From: Leucoraja ocellata | Lineage: Eukaryota | Direction of reading: 5' to 3' | Length of the DNA stretch: 64,000 nucleotides | NCBI GenBank assembly: GCA_036785375.1 | Contig: JAWMAR010000242.1 | Span: forward strand, 3,534,001-3,598,000 | Part shown: positions 48,721 through 60,571 of the stretch, one piece after another | Layout of the letters: each line of letters opens with the position of its first letter | Position numbering within the stretch: position 1 is the stretch's first letter | Made by a program: the position numbers and the translations under genes | The notes under the pieces: generated by a model | Told to the model about the DNA's origin: nothing | The model's input: only the letters and a program-made list of their open reading frames with translations | The model's database searches: none

Positions 48721-50784
48721 GGTTCCAAAGGCCCTGTTATTGTCATGTGTGCCAATTAAGGTGCAGTGATATGCGAATTATCATACAGCCATACTAAAAA
48801 AAGCAACAAGACACACAACTACATAAAGGTTAACATCAACATCCACCACAGTGGATTTCCCACATTCCTCACAGCGATGGAAAGCAATAAAGTCTAATCT
48901 TCTTCCCTCTTTATTCTCCCGCGGTCAGGGTGATCGAAGATCCCGTGTCGGGGTGGTCAAAGTTCCTGCGACCTGGAGCTCCTGAAGCCGGTCCCCAGCA
49001 GAGGCTGCTAGTTAGATAGTTATTTACCTTCATAAGTCACAGGTGTCCAGCATCTACTAGGCTATAACGCAGAATGCCCTTGAGACAACTCCATTAAAGT
49101 TCCCAAGTTTCCAAGTCTTTTGTGTTTCTCCTCAATAAAATAAAGGATAAATATTCATTGCCCATCTCCTGTGGCTCCACATGTCTTCGCCCCCTCCTCG
49201 CGGCCTACCACCTGGATTGGTGCGGCCTTTCCTGCCAGAGACCGGCCAGAGCATCAGCTTCAGCAGCGGCACAGCACGGGATTCCATCGCGGAGCGAGCG
49301 GTGCCATGTTGGAGCTCCGGAGTGCTGGGACTGCCGAATTTGACACTGTGGAGCTGTGGTCTGCAGAGCTTCCAGCCGCGGGCGGCGCTGACTTTCCTGT
49401 CGCGGGCGGTGCTGTCTCTGACTTGACGTTGACGTTTCAGGTTGAGACCATTCTTCAGTCTGAAGAAGGGTGTCGACCCTGAAAGGTCACCATTCCATCT
49501 CGCCAGAAATGCTGTATGACCCGCTAAGTTACTCCAGCATTTTGTGTCTATCTTTGGTGTAAACCAGCATCTGCAGTCCCTTCCAACACTTTCTATTATA
49601 CTATCTTTTTAAAGCTATTTAGATAAAAGATTGAGTTGTAATGAGGAATATTGAGAAGAATGTAATTTTTGTTTGAATTTTCAAATTAATTTTGAACATT
49701 CAGCGATTTAATTAATCTGTTTACTGAAAGAAAGCTGTTTCATTATCTAAAAGTCAATAAAGGAGATGGTGACATCATCACTAGGTACTGTAGCTTTTTA
49801 CTTAATGACCAACTTCAATGAAATGGCGCAGTTCAAGTTTTGGTTTCATAAATCATTAATGTTTGCTTCGTAATCAAGGAGAATAAATCAGTGAACCATC
49901 AGTCTTAGTTCATGGCAACTCCTGGAGAATATGATGCCATCTTTACTCCACTCAAGCGAGACATTTTGCATTAAAATAACCTGTACCCATTTATTGTTTT
50001 TAATTGCTCTTAATTACAATAAATATCATGAACATTCCATGATGAAAGTTATTATTTTCCCAGTTTTTTGATGTCTATTGATTAACCAATATTGGTTAAT
50101 TTTTGGAATGGAATTGAATACTTTATCGTCATGTGACAATCACAGTGAAATCCTTTGCTTGCATATGCATGGTATGCAAATAGTTACAAAGTACCCCTGC
50201 CAGCTCAGCCTTTGTTCTTCCCCCTCCCCCTCCCCATGGACTTCCCCCACGCCCTCATCGACTGCCGACCGCAGGTTGACCCACGAGGCTCCCACTGTCA
50301 CCGAGGCTCCCACCATTGGCGAGGCTCCATTTTAACTTGCACTAAACGATATTCTCTTATCCTGTATCTATACACTGTAAATGGGTCGATTGTAATCATG
50401 TATTGTCTCTCTGCGACTGGACCTGTAGCTTTTCACTGTACCTCGGTACACGTGACAATATACTAAACTGAAGTTCTGAAACAAATAAGATAAATCAAAC
50501 TTGCTTTGGAAGCTAACAAGGGAATGGAAAGTGGGTTAAAATCAAACTTATCGATGAAAACAATTTATCAGTCAGCACTTGTTATTGATTCATTGCAAAA
50601 AAAGTATTACTTTTAGAAAAATCATGATGAAGTATACAAGTAATGTATTCTATGTACTATGTTCTGCGTTTTATGAAGTAACCTTTCATCTTTTTTGTTT
50701 TAATTGAGGTAGGATGAGGGAACTGTCTAATATGAGGGTGAGAACACCCATTGGAGAGCAAAGGAAAGGATAATTAGTTGAAAA

Positions 50785-50989
50785 TAGATACAAAAGCTGG
50801 AGTAACTCAGCGGCACAGACATCATCTCTGGAGAGAAGGAATGAGTGATGTTTCAGGTCGAGACCCTTCTTCTCGACACAAAACATTACCCATTCCTTGT
50901 CTCCAGAGGTGCTGCCTGTCCCGCTGAGTTACTCCAGCTTTTTGTGTATATCTTCAGTTTAAAGCAACATCTGCAGTTCCTTCTTACAC
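50785..50989. mobile_element. Penelope-derived fold-back mini-element
   Basis: Inverted arms with the turn in a degenerate hammerhead. AAGGATAATTA duplicated at 50766-50776 and 50990-51000. Confidence 0.82.
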
Positions 50990-51179
50990 AAGGATAATTA
51001 ATGCAGTTCTGCTCTGAGATTTACGTCATTTAAATATTTTGTTCAATTCATCTAGGTGTGAATAATGAACAAGGAACATGGGGTAGCTAGGTATGCTTTA
51101 TATTCCATCCAATTTCTGTTGATGTAACGTTTATGTATTGATTATGCTGGCAGTCATTCTTCTTGCCTTGAAGCTGCGT

Positions 51180-51980
51180 TGGTCTTTGCGGATGATTGCG
51201 CTCTCCTGGTGTCCAATTAATCGTGTGCATATTTGCAGAGGCGGCACAGTTGTTTGGTCTTAATATCAGTCTCGGTAAGTCAGAAGTCGCCCACTAACGA
51301 GCCAGCTCCATGTGTACACATTGACAACACACAGCTGAAAACAGTTGACGCTTTCAAGTACTTGGGCAGCGTAATATCTTCTGATGACTCGCTGAGCAAT
51401 GAAATATCAACCAGTCAGCAGGGCCAGTCAAGCACTTGTTTGACTCCGAGCACGAGTGTTAAACCACCACAACATCAAGCTGCCAACTAGGCTGAAAGTC
51501 TACAAAGTTGCAGCATTCTCCAGCTTGCTGTATGGATGTGAACATGGACCTTGTACAGGAATCACATCCACCAGATTGAGAAATGCCGCATGCACTGACT
51601 CTCTGTGGTCCATCACTGCGGTCCATTCGCTGGCAAGACAGGGTAATAACGTGGACGTGCTGGACTGTCTGGCTTCACGAGCATCGAAGCAATGATCATA
51701 AAGGCCCAGCTTCCATGGACAGGCCATGCGATCAAGATGGATGAATCCTGCATGCCTTGTCAACCCCTGTATGGAGTTCTGCCACAGGGTCAAAGGAACC
51801 CAAGGAAACGCCCAAAGAACCGGTTCAGCGACCGCATCATGGCCCACCTCCAGCACGCAGGCCCAGCCCCTAAACAACTGGAAACCTGTGGCAGTGACAG
51901 GACTGGCTGGTGTACAACCACGAGGAAGGAGGTCAGCAGTTTCGTAGACAATTGCCGAAGCCGACTGGTTCATGGCAGTG
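51180..51980 (+). mobile_element. RTE-clade LINE fragment (degenerate RT C-terminal half)
   Basis: FADDCAL (51185), FKYLGSVISSD, KVYKVAAFSSLLYGCE, AQLPWTGHAIKMDE...LYGVLPQG. Confidence 0.85.
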
Positions 51981-53507
51981 ACCATCATTTCATTAGTTTT
52001 AAAGTAGCTATGCAGAAGGATGGGACTTAAAATCCTAAATGGCCCGGACTGGGTGGGCCGAAGGGCCTGTTTCTGCACTGTACCTTTAAACTAAACTAAG
52101 TCAGGGAGCTCCTTGCTGGTAAGACTGACGTCAATAGTCTGAACGTTGGTGGGGACTCTTAGGAACAGGATCTACTTCCATTTGGATAGGCGATCTAATG
52201 TGGACAGTCTCACGAATCTGATAGAGATCTTTGTAGTACTCACCGAGGATTTATATGGACCTTAGAAAGTACTTTGACAACTGGAAGGTTATATTGGATG
52301 GAATACAAGGGGAGTTAGCCGATTGAATTCAAAATTGGCTTAGAGGAGGATCAAAGGGTACTTATGAGGGATAGACACGAAAAGCTGGGGTAACTTAGCG
52401 AGGTAGACAGCATCTCTGGAGAAAAGGAATAGGTGATGGTTCAGGTTGTTTTTAACATTGGGGGCCTGTGACCACTGGAGTCCACGGCTGTTATTTATAT
52501 ACATCAACGATTTGATGACAATTAGCTTAGTTTACAGCATTTCAACGTTCTCGTACTAATTGTTCAACCCTTTATCTGTGGACAGCTTGATTGTATTCTT
52601 ATATGGTCTTTTCTTCGACTGGATAGCACGGGGGGAAAAAAAGCTTTTGCTGTACCTTGGTACATGTGACAATAATAAATTAAACTAAACTAAGATCTAG
52701 ATCAGTTGGGAAAATGGCCCACGACAAGGGGAATGGAATTGAACTTGTACAAACCGTACAGACAGCGCCCATGGTCGGGATCGACCCGGGTCTCCAGCGC
52801 TGCATTTGAGCCACGGTGACTGTTATGGAAGATAGACACAACAAAGCTGGAGTAACTCAGCAGGTCAGACAACATCTCTGGAGAAAAGGAATAGGTTACA
52901 GTACGTTTCAGGTTGTTTTAAGAATGGAGGCTTCGAGTCAGGACCTTTAAGAATGGTCCCAACCCAAAATGTCCCCCATCCTGTTTCTCCAGTGATGCTG
53001 CCTGACATGCTGAGTTACTCTAGCACTTTGTGTCTATCTTTGGTATAAACCAGCATCTGCAGTTCTTTGTTTCGACTGTATATGATGCCAATTAAAATTG
53101 ACCTCTCACCGGCTGGTACATGATTCATATCCTTCTATCCTCTGCACTTCCATGTGCCAATCTAAAAGCTTCAAACACCATTATCATATCTGCCTCCTCC
53201 ACCACCTCAGGCAATGCAATGTAGGCCTCTACTACCCTCTATGTATAAAAACTCACTCCTCACCTCTCCATTGAACTTTTCCCCTCTCACTTACAGCGAT
53301 GCCCTCTAATGTTGGACATTTACACTCTGGGATAAAGGTTCTGATTGTCTAGATTACTTTGGAATGTTTTTTCCCCTTGCTTCCAATGAAATATGTGACC
53401 TGATAGAATAAAATATACAAGCTCTTTACCTGTGCAAGGGAACCCCAGTCCATAAAAGAGAAATTAACATTGTTGACTAATTCTCCCCTTTTACCAATTA
53501 GCCCCAT

Positions 53508-54260
53508 CATAGAAACATAGAAACATAGAAATTAGGTGCAGGAGTAGGCAATTCGGCCCTTCGAGCCTGCACCGCCATTCAATATGATCATGGCTGACCA
53601 TCCAACTCAGTATCCCGTACCTGCCTTCTCTCCATACCCCCTGATCCCCTTAGCCACAAGGGCCACATCTAACTCCCTCTTAAATATAGCCAATGAAGTG
53701 GCCTCAACTACCCTCTGTGGCAGAGAGTTCCAGAGATTCACCACTCTCTGCGTGAAAAAAGTTCTTCTCATCTCGGTTTTAAAGGATTTCCCCTTTATCC
53801 TTAAGCTGTGACCCCTTGTCCTGGACTTCCCTAACATCAGGAACAATCTTCCTGCATCTAGCCTGTCCAACCCCTTAAGAATTTTGTAAGTTTCTATAAG
53901 ATCCCCTCTCAATCTTCTAAATTCTAGAGAGTATAAACCAAGTCTATCCAGTCTTTCTTCATAAGACAGTCCTGACATCCCAGGAATCAGTCTGGTGAAC
54001 CGTCTCTGCACTCCTTCTATGGCAATAATGTCCTTCCTCAGATTTGGAGACCAAAACTGTACACAATACTCCAGGTGTGGTCTCACCAAGACCCTGTACA
54101 ACTGCAGTAGAACCTCTCTGCTCCTATACTCAAATCCTTTTGCAATGAAAGCTAACATACCATTCGCTTTCTTTACTGCCTGCTGCACCTGCATGCCTAC
54201 CTTCAATGACTGGTGTACCATGACACCCAGGTCTCGCTGCATCTCCCCCTTTCCCAATCT
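53508..54260 (-). mobile_element. Young CR1/HER1 LINE 3' fragment, same subfamily as 29190-31193
   Basis: Uninterrupted ORF 53607..54293(-), almost identical in translation to the 29425..30297 ORF. (CTATGTTT)n tail. Confidence 0.95.
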
Positions 54261-54285
54261 GCAATTATCTGCAATCTCCCTACAG

Positions 54286-54710
54286 GGCAACACAGTGGTT
54301 CATGGTAGAGCTACCGCCTTACAGCGCCAGGGACCCGGGTTCGATGCTGACTACGGGTGCTGTCTGTACGGAGTTTGTACGTTCTCCCCCGTGACCTGCG
54401 TGAGTTTTCTCCGAGATCTTCGGTTTGCTCCCACACTCCAAAGACGTACAGGTTTGTAGGTTAATTGGCTTGGTAAATGTAAAAATTGTGCCTAGTGTGT
54501 GTCGGATAGTGTTGATGTGCGGGGATTGCTGTTCGGTGTGGACTCGGTGGGCCTGTTTCTGTGCTGTTAAATTTGTGTTGATTGTAGTGTTTTTGTCATT
54601 TTTTAAATTATATGTATGACTGCAGGGAAACAAAATTTAGTTCAGATCGAAAGGTCTGAATGACAATAAGCAAATCTAATCTAATCTAATCTGTATCTCT
54701 AAACTAAACT
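54286..54710 (+). mobile_element. HE1-like V-SINE with a small insertion (about 54567-54690) in its tail
   Basis: Head and V-domain intact. The tail gcctgtttctgtgctg...tgtatctctaaactaaac is split by an AT-rich insert ending in (AATCT)n. Confidence 0.85.
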
Positions 54711-54774
54711 ACACATCTGCTCCCTTAATTACCACTGTCAAATGCAGGCAAATAGAAGTAGCTTTTGATGAGGC

Positions 54775-55611
54775 GGTACCCGGACGTGGCGTCGAAAGAC
54801 GAGAAGCCGAAGCAAAGAAGTCGAAGCCAAATAACCGAAAACATACGAAGCCGAAACGCCAACGAACCGAAAGGGTGGGATGCATAAATACAAGCTAACC
54901 GAATGGCCGGGGAGGGGGGGGGGGGGGGGGGAGTGGGACGAGATAAAATTATTCGTTGCCATGCACGCTTATCATCTGTACCCCCTCCATGTTTTAAAAG
55001 CAATTTACAGTGGCTGCCAATGCCACAAGCCGCCTGTCCCCGCAGCCGGGGTGGGGGTGAATCACCCAGTGTGGGTGTCAGGGTCCAGGGGTCGGGAGGG
55101 GGGGGTGGGGGGGGGGGGGGGGGGGGGTTGGGGTGGAATCACCCTGGTGTGGGGGTTGGGGTCCGATGATGGTGCACTCTGCCTGTCCCACACCACCGCT
55201 CCACCCCGGCCCACAGCCCGTCGCAGTGCGGGGCGCACAGGGGGGAGATGAGGTAGAGGGCGGCCGTTGTCGTGGGAGAGTGGGGGCTGTCCCGAGGGAT
55301 GCGCTCCTTCGGCCGCTTACAACTTGGTGCTGGGGTTCAGATTGCCCAGTCACCTATGGCTTGTGTGGGAAAATGACCCCCACCCTCCCGTCTCCACCGG
55401 CCAGTGATGTGATGGGCATGGGGGTCTGGAACAAACGCTGACACGTCCCGCCCCCTGGCGTTGACTTTTCGGCAGTGCGGCATTCGGTTCGTTGGCTTTT
55501 AGGCGTCCCACCCTTTCGGCTCATTGGCGTTTCGGCTTAGTTTCCTTTCGGTTATTTGGCTTCGACATCATCGCTTCGGCTTCTTGTCCTTCGATGCCAC
55601 GTCCGCACAGG
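54775..55611. mobile_element. Non-autonomous DNA transposon with subterminal inverted repeats (Mutator/Phantom/Foldback-like)
   Basis: About 100-bp imperfect inverted repeats (54781-54882 / about 55503-55605) that start 6 bp inside the ends. 8-bp direct repeat GATGAGGC at 54767-54774 and 55612-55619. Confidence 0.82.
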
Positions 55612-56221
55612 GATGAGGCATCTTCTTTGGCATGGATGAGTTAGGCTGAAGGGCCTGTTTCAATGCTGCATGAATGCATATCAAATTGTCTTCCTTGAAA
55701 TAAAATATATATATATCTGCAGAAAAATGTCAGAACCAAACATTGGCCCATGCGTTAGGTGGATGCGTTAGGCGGATGCGTTAGGTGGCAAGAAAATGTA
55801 CCCAATCTGGTCAGGAAAATAGCAAATGGAAATGAATCCCAGGAAGTGGTAGGTAATGCATTTCTGGATGTGCAAGAAGACAGGAGGATTGAATATGAAT
55901 AGGAATCAGTTAGTGGTGAAGCACAAATGCTCCTTGGAGCATGTTGCTGAAAGATCCTTAAAGGTAGCATGGCAGATCAATAAAGACATGCGTGATGCTA
56001 TCATTTTTAGCTGTGGCATAAAAATAAGAGTAGTATAAAACCTTATTTAGGCTGATGTCTGATAACCACTTTAGAGCAAAGTTGCAGGGTGTATTTACAA
56101 AGTTATTGTAGGCACTTACTGGGAAACTGTGGTCAAGAGAAAAGATAAAATACTACCATTTACCTCGAGGGAGCAAATGAGGGGGCAATTCCGTGGTATA
56201 TAGTGATGAGGGGCCCAGACA

Positions 56222-56995
56222 GTTTAGTTGAGTCTAGTTTAGTTGAATGTCAGGTGTACCAAGGTACAGTGAGAGGCTATGTGTTGCAAGCTAACCTGTC
56301 AGTAGAAAGACTATACAAGATTACAATCAGGCCGTCCACAGTGTACAGACACATGATAAAGTGAATAACATTTAATGCAAGATAAAGTCCAGAAAGTCTG
56401 ATTACAGATAGTCCGTGGGTCTCCAATGAAGTTGATAGCAGCATAGGACCGCTCTCTAGTTGATGAGCAGGGTGCAACTCATCGTTGATTATGCTGCTGG
56501 CCTTGCCGAGTCAGCATGAAGTGTAAATGGAGTCAATGAAAGGGAGGTTGGGTTTGTGTGATGGTCTGTGCTGCATCCACAATTCCCTGTCATTTCTTGT
56601 GGTCTTGGATGGAGCTGTTCCCAAACTATGCTGTGATGCATCGTGATCAAATGCTTTCCACGGTGCATCTCTAGAAGTTGGTGTAAGTTCTTGGGGACAT
56701 GCCGAACTTTCTAAGCCTTCTAAGGAAGAAGAGGCATGGACATTGTTTCTTGGCCATTGCCTCAATATGGGTGGTCCATATTTGGTGATATTTACTCCGA
56801 GGAGCTATCAACCATCTCTATTTCGACACCGTCAACGTGTACCGGGGTAAGCGTACCGCTTCACTTCCTAATGTCAATCATTCTCTCCTTTGTCTTGCAA
56901 ACATTGAGAGAAATGTTGTTGCCTTGATACCAGGCCACAAGGTTCTCAGTCTCCTTCCTGTACTCTGTCTCATCTTTAGTTGACATCAGAGATGG
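56222..56995 (-). mobile_element. Rex1/Babar-type LINE 3' fragment
   Basis: DETEYRKETENLVAWYQGNNISLNVCKTKE, PFIDSIYTSC, followed by the standard tail. Confidence 0.88.
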
Positions 56996-57039
56996 CATCA
57001 GCCGTGGATCTGTTTTGCCAGTAGGCAAACTGCATAGAG

Positions 57040-60000
57040 TCACAGAATGATACAGTGTGGAAACAGGCCCTTCGACCCAACTTGCCAACATGCCCCAGCT
57101 ACACTAGTAACACCTGCCTGCATTTGGTTCATATCCCTCCAAACCTGTCCTATCCATGTACCTGTCTAACTGCTTGTTAAATATTGGGATAGTCCCAGCC
57201 TCAACTAACTCCTTTGGCAGCTTCTTCCATACACCCGCCACCTTTTGTATGAAAAAGTTACCCCTCAGATTCCCATTAAATAGTTTCCCCTTCACCTAAA
57301 ACCTATATCTTCTGGTCCTCGATTCCCCTACTCTGGGCAAGAGGCTCTGTGTATCTACCTGAACTATTCCTTTAATGATTTTATACACCTCTATAAGATC
57401 ACCCCTCATCGCCCTGCATTCCAATGAATAGAGTCCCAGCCTATACAACATCTCCCTATAGCTCACACCCTCTAATCCTGGAAATATCCTTGTAAATCTT
57501 CTCTGTACTCTTTCCAGCTTGACAATATCTTTCCTATAACATGGTGCCCAGCCAATGGTCTAAATGCGGCCTCACCAACATCTTATACAACTGCAACATG
57601 ACCTCCCAACATCTATACTCAATACTGACTGATGAAGGCCAATGTGGCAAAAACCTTTTTGACCACCTTATCTACCTACAACTCCAACTTCAAGGAACCA
57701 TGCACTGTACTCCTAGATCCCTCTGCTCTACAATCCCGAGGGCCTACCATTCACTGTGTAGGTCCTGCCCATGTTAGACTTCCCATAATGCATCACCTCA
57801 CATTTTCCGTATCAACCATTCCTCTGCCCACCTGGCCATCGATCCAGATCCTGCTGCAATCTTTCACAACCATCTTCACTATCTGCAAAACCACTCACTT
57901 TTGTATCATCTGCAAACTTGCTAATTTTGCCCTGTATGTTATCATCTAAATCATTGATATAAATGACAAACAGTAACAGGCCCAGCACCAAACGCTGAGG
58001 CACATCACTAGTCACCGGACTCCAGTCTGAGAAGCAACCTTCCACCATCACCCTCTGCTTCCTTCCATCAAACCAATTTTCTATCCATTCAGCTACCTCT
58101 CCTTGGCTCCCATGCGATCCAACCTTCCAGAGCAGCCTACCATGTGAAACCTTGTTGAATACTTTGCTGAAATCCATGTATACAACATCTACAGCTCTGG
58201 CCTCATTGATCTTTTTGTTCACGTCGTCAAAAAACGCAATCAGATTTGTGAGACATGACTCCCACGTACAAAACCACGCTGATTATCCCTAATCAGCCCT
58301 TACCCAAAAAAATGCCCGTATAACCTACCCCTCAGAATACTCTCCAGTAACTTACCAACTACAGATGTTAAGCTCACTGGACTATAGTTCCCAGCATTTT
58401 CCCTGCAGCCATTCTTGAAAAGAGGCACAACATTTGCCACCCTCCGGTCTTCAGGCACCTCACCTGTATTTAAGGACGACTCGTAAATTTCAACCAGGGC
58501 TCCCGCAATTTCCTCTCCAGTTTCCCGCAATGTCCTCAGATATATCTGATCAGGCCCTGGAGATTTGTCTACCTTCATACATGACAGTACCTTCAGCACT
58601 TCTTTAACTGTAACACTAACTGCTCTCAAGACACTTCCATCGGCTGCCCCAAGTTCTTCCATCCTACTGCTTTCTCGGTAAATACCGAAGAGAAATACAC
58701 ATTGAGGACCTTGCTCATCTCCTGTGGCTCCACACAGTGGTGACCACTTTGATTCCTGAGGGGTCCCACTCTCTCTCTAGTTATTCTTTCCCCCCTTATG
58801 TATTTATTAGAATATTTTGGGATTGTCCTTGATGCTACCTGCCAGAGCTATCTCCTGGCCCCTTTTGCCCTTCTGATCTCCTTTTTTAATTTTCTCCTTA
58901 ATTCCCAAAACTCCTCCAGGGATGCACTTGATCCCAGCTGCCATGCACTATACCTGTCCCATGCATCCTTCTTGTTTTTGAACAATGCCTCAATTTCCCA
59001 CGTCAGCCAAGCTTCCTTCCGTTTGCCTGCTTTGCTCCTCTCTCTAACGGGGATGTACATATCCTGATCTTTCTTCAGTACACTTTTAAAACATCCCAGT
59101 TGGCCCATGTTCCTTTCCCCTCAAATAACCTGCTCCAGTCAACTTGAGCGAGACCTTCTCTCAAAGTTGGCCTTACCCCAGTTGAGCATTTTAACACGTG
59201 GGCCCTCTCTGTCCTTATCTATAACGATCTTAAACCTAATCGAACTGTGGTCAAAATGTTCCTCCACAAACACTTCATTAACTTGCCTTCCCAATTTCCC
59301 AATACTAGATCCAGTGTTGCCCTCTCACGTGTGGGGGCTTTAGAAAACTCTCATGAACACTTCTGAGAAATTGCACCCCATTTAAATCCTTCACGCTATG
59401 ATTTCCCCAGTCTATATTGGGAAAGTTAAAATCCCCTACTACAACAACCTTATTTGACCAGCAGCTGTCTGCAATCTCCTGGCACATTTGTTCTTCTAAT
59501 TCCCGTTGACTATTCGGGGGTCTGTAGTACACCCCCAACAAGGCGATCATCCCTTTCTTGTTCCTCAGCTCCACCCATATAGCCTCACTAAACGAACCGT
59601 CCATAATGTCATGTCTGAACACTGCCGTGACATCCTCCTTACCCAACAATGCAACCCCCCTCCTCTTTTTCCCTCACCCCTGTCTGCCCTGAAGCTCCTG
59701 TACCCCGGGAACATTGAGCTGCCAGCCGTGCCCTTCCGTTAACCAGGTTTCAGTCATGGCTACAAGGTCCCAGTCGCTCGTACCTATCCATGCCCTCAGC
59801 TCATCTGCCTTCCCCGTCAGGCCCCTTGCATTAAATACATACATTTCTTCCTCCCTCGTTATTCTGTCCTCTAATCTTTCTCTCACTATCCTCCACACCA
59901 GCTTCTCACCTCCCACCTGCCACTGTCCTGTATGGAGCCCACCCCCCACCAATCTAGTTTAAACTCACCCGTGTAGCACTAGTGAACCTGCCTGCCAGTG
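57040..60000 (-). mobile_element. Degenerate CR1 LINE with whole ORF2 span (APE endonuclease + RT)
   Basis: VFNARGLTGKADEL...AMTETWL, LGVYYRPPNS, VVGDFNFPNIDW (APE); KSPGPD, YMDFSK, KFADDTK (RT). Many frameshifts. Confidence 0.92.
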
Positions 60001-60214
60001 GATCAAAGCTGATGGGTAGACTGGACTGGACAGCAATGATCTATTTCCTTCAGCAGAGAAGGCAAAATACAATTTAGAATAATTGTTAAATCAAAAGGTA
60101 GATAAGGAGAATTTATTACATCCAGTATGTGGTAGAGATTTGGAACTCATTACCTAAAAGGATAGTCTCCCATAGGGCAGAAGGCATAGATCTGTGAAAA
60201 CGCACACCTCCAGA

Positions 60215-60571
60215 TTTTTCTGTCCTTTCTGTCCTGAGCCTCCTCGACGGCCAGAGTGAGTCCCATCGCATATTGGAGGAGCTGCACCTCATATTGCGCT
60301 TGGATAGTTTACACCCCAGCGGTATGAACATTGACTTCTCCAATTTCAGGTAGTCCTTGCTTTCTCCCTCCTTCCCTTACTCTTCCCAGCTCTCCCACAG
60401 CCCACTGTCTCCACCTCTTCCTTTCTTCTTCCCACATCAGTCTGAAGAAGGGTCTTGACCCGAAACGTCACCTTTCTCTTCGCTCCATAGATGCTGCCTC
60501 ACCCGCTGAGTTTCTCCAGCATTTTTATCTACCTTCGATTTTTTTCAGCATCTGCAGTTCCTTCTTAAACA
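60215..60571 (+). mobile_element. Penelope 3' end/pseudo-LTR with intact hammerhead core at 60442-60469
   Basis: GIY-YIG-terminal remnant, pyrimidine tract, CTGAAGA-A-GGGTC-TT-GACCC-GAAAC-GTC, and 3' end gcagttccttcttaaaca. Inserted in a Rex1 fragment whose tail continues to about 60882. Confidence 0.85.
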
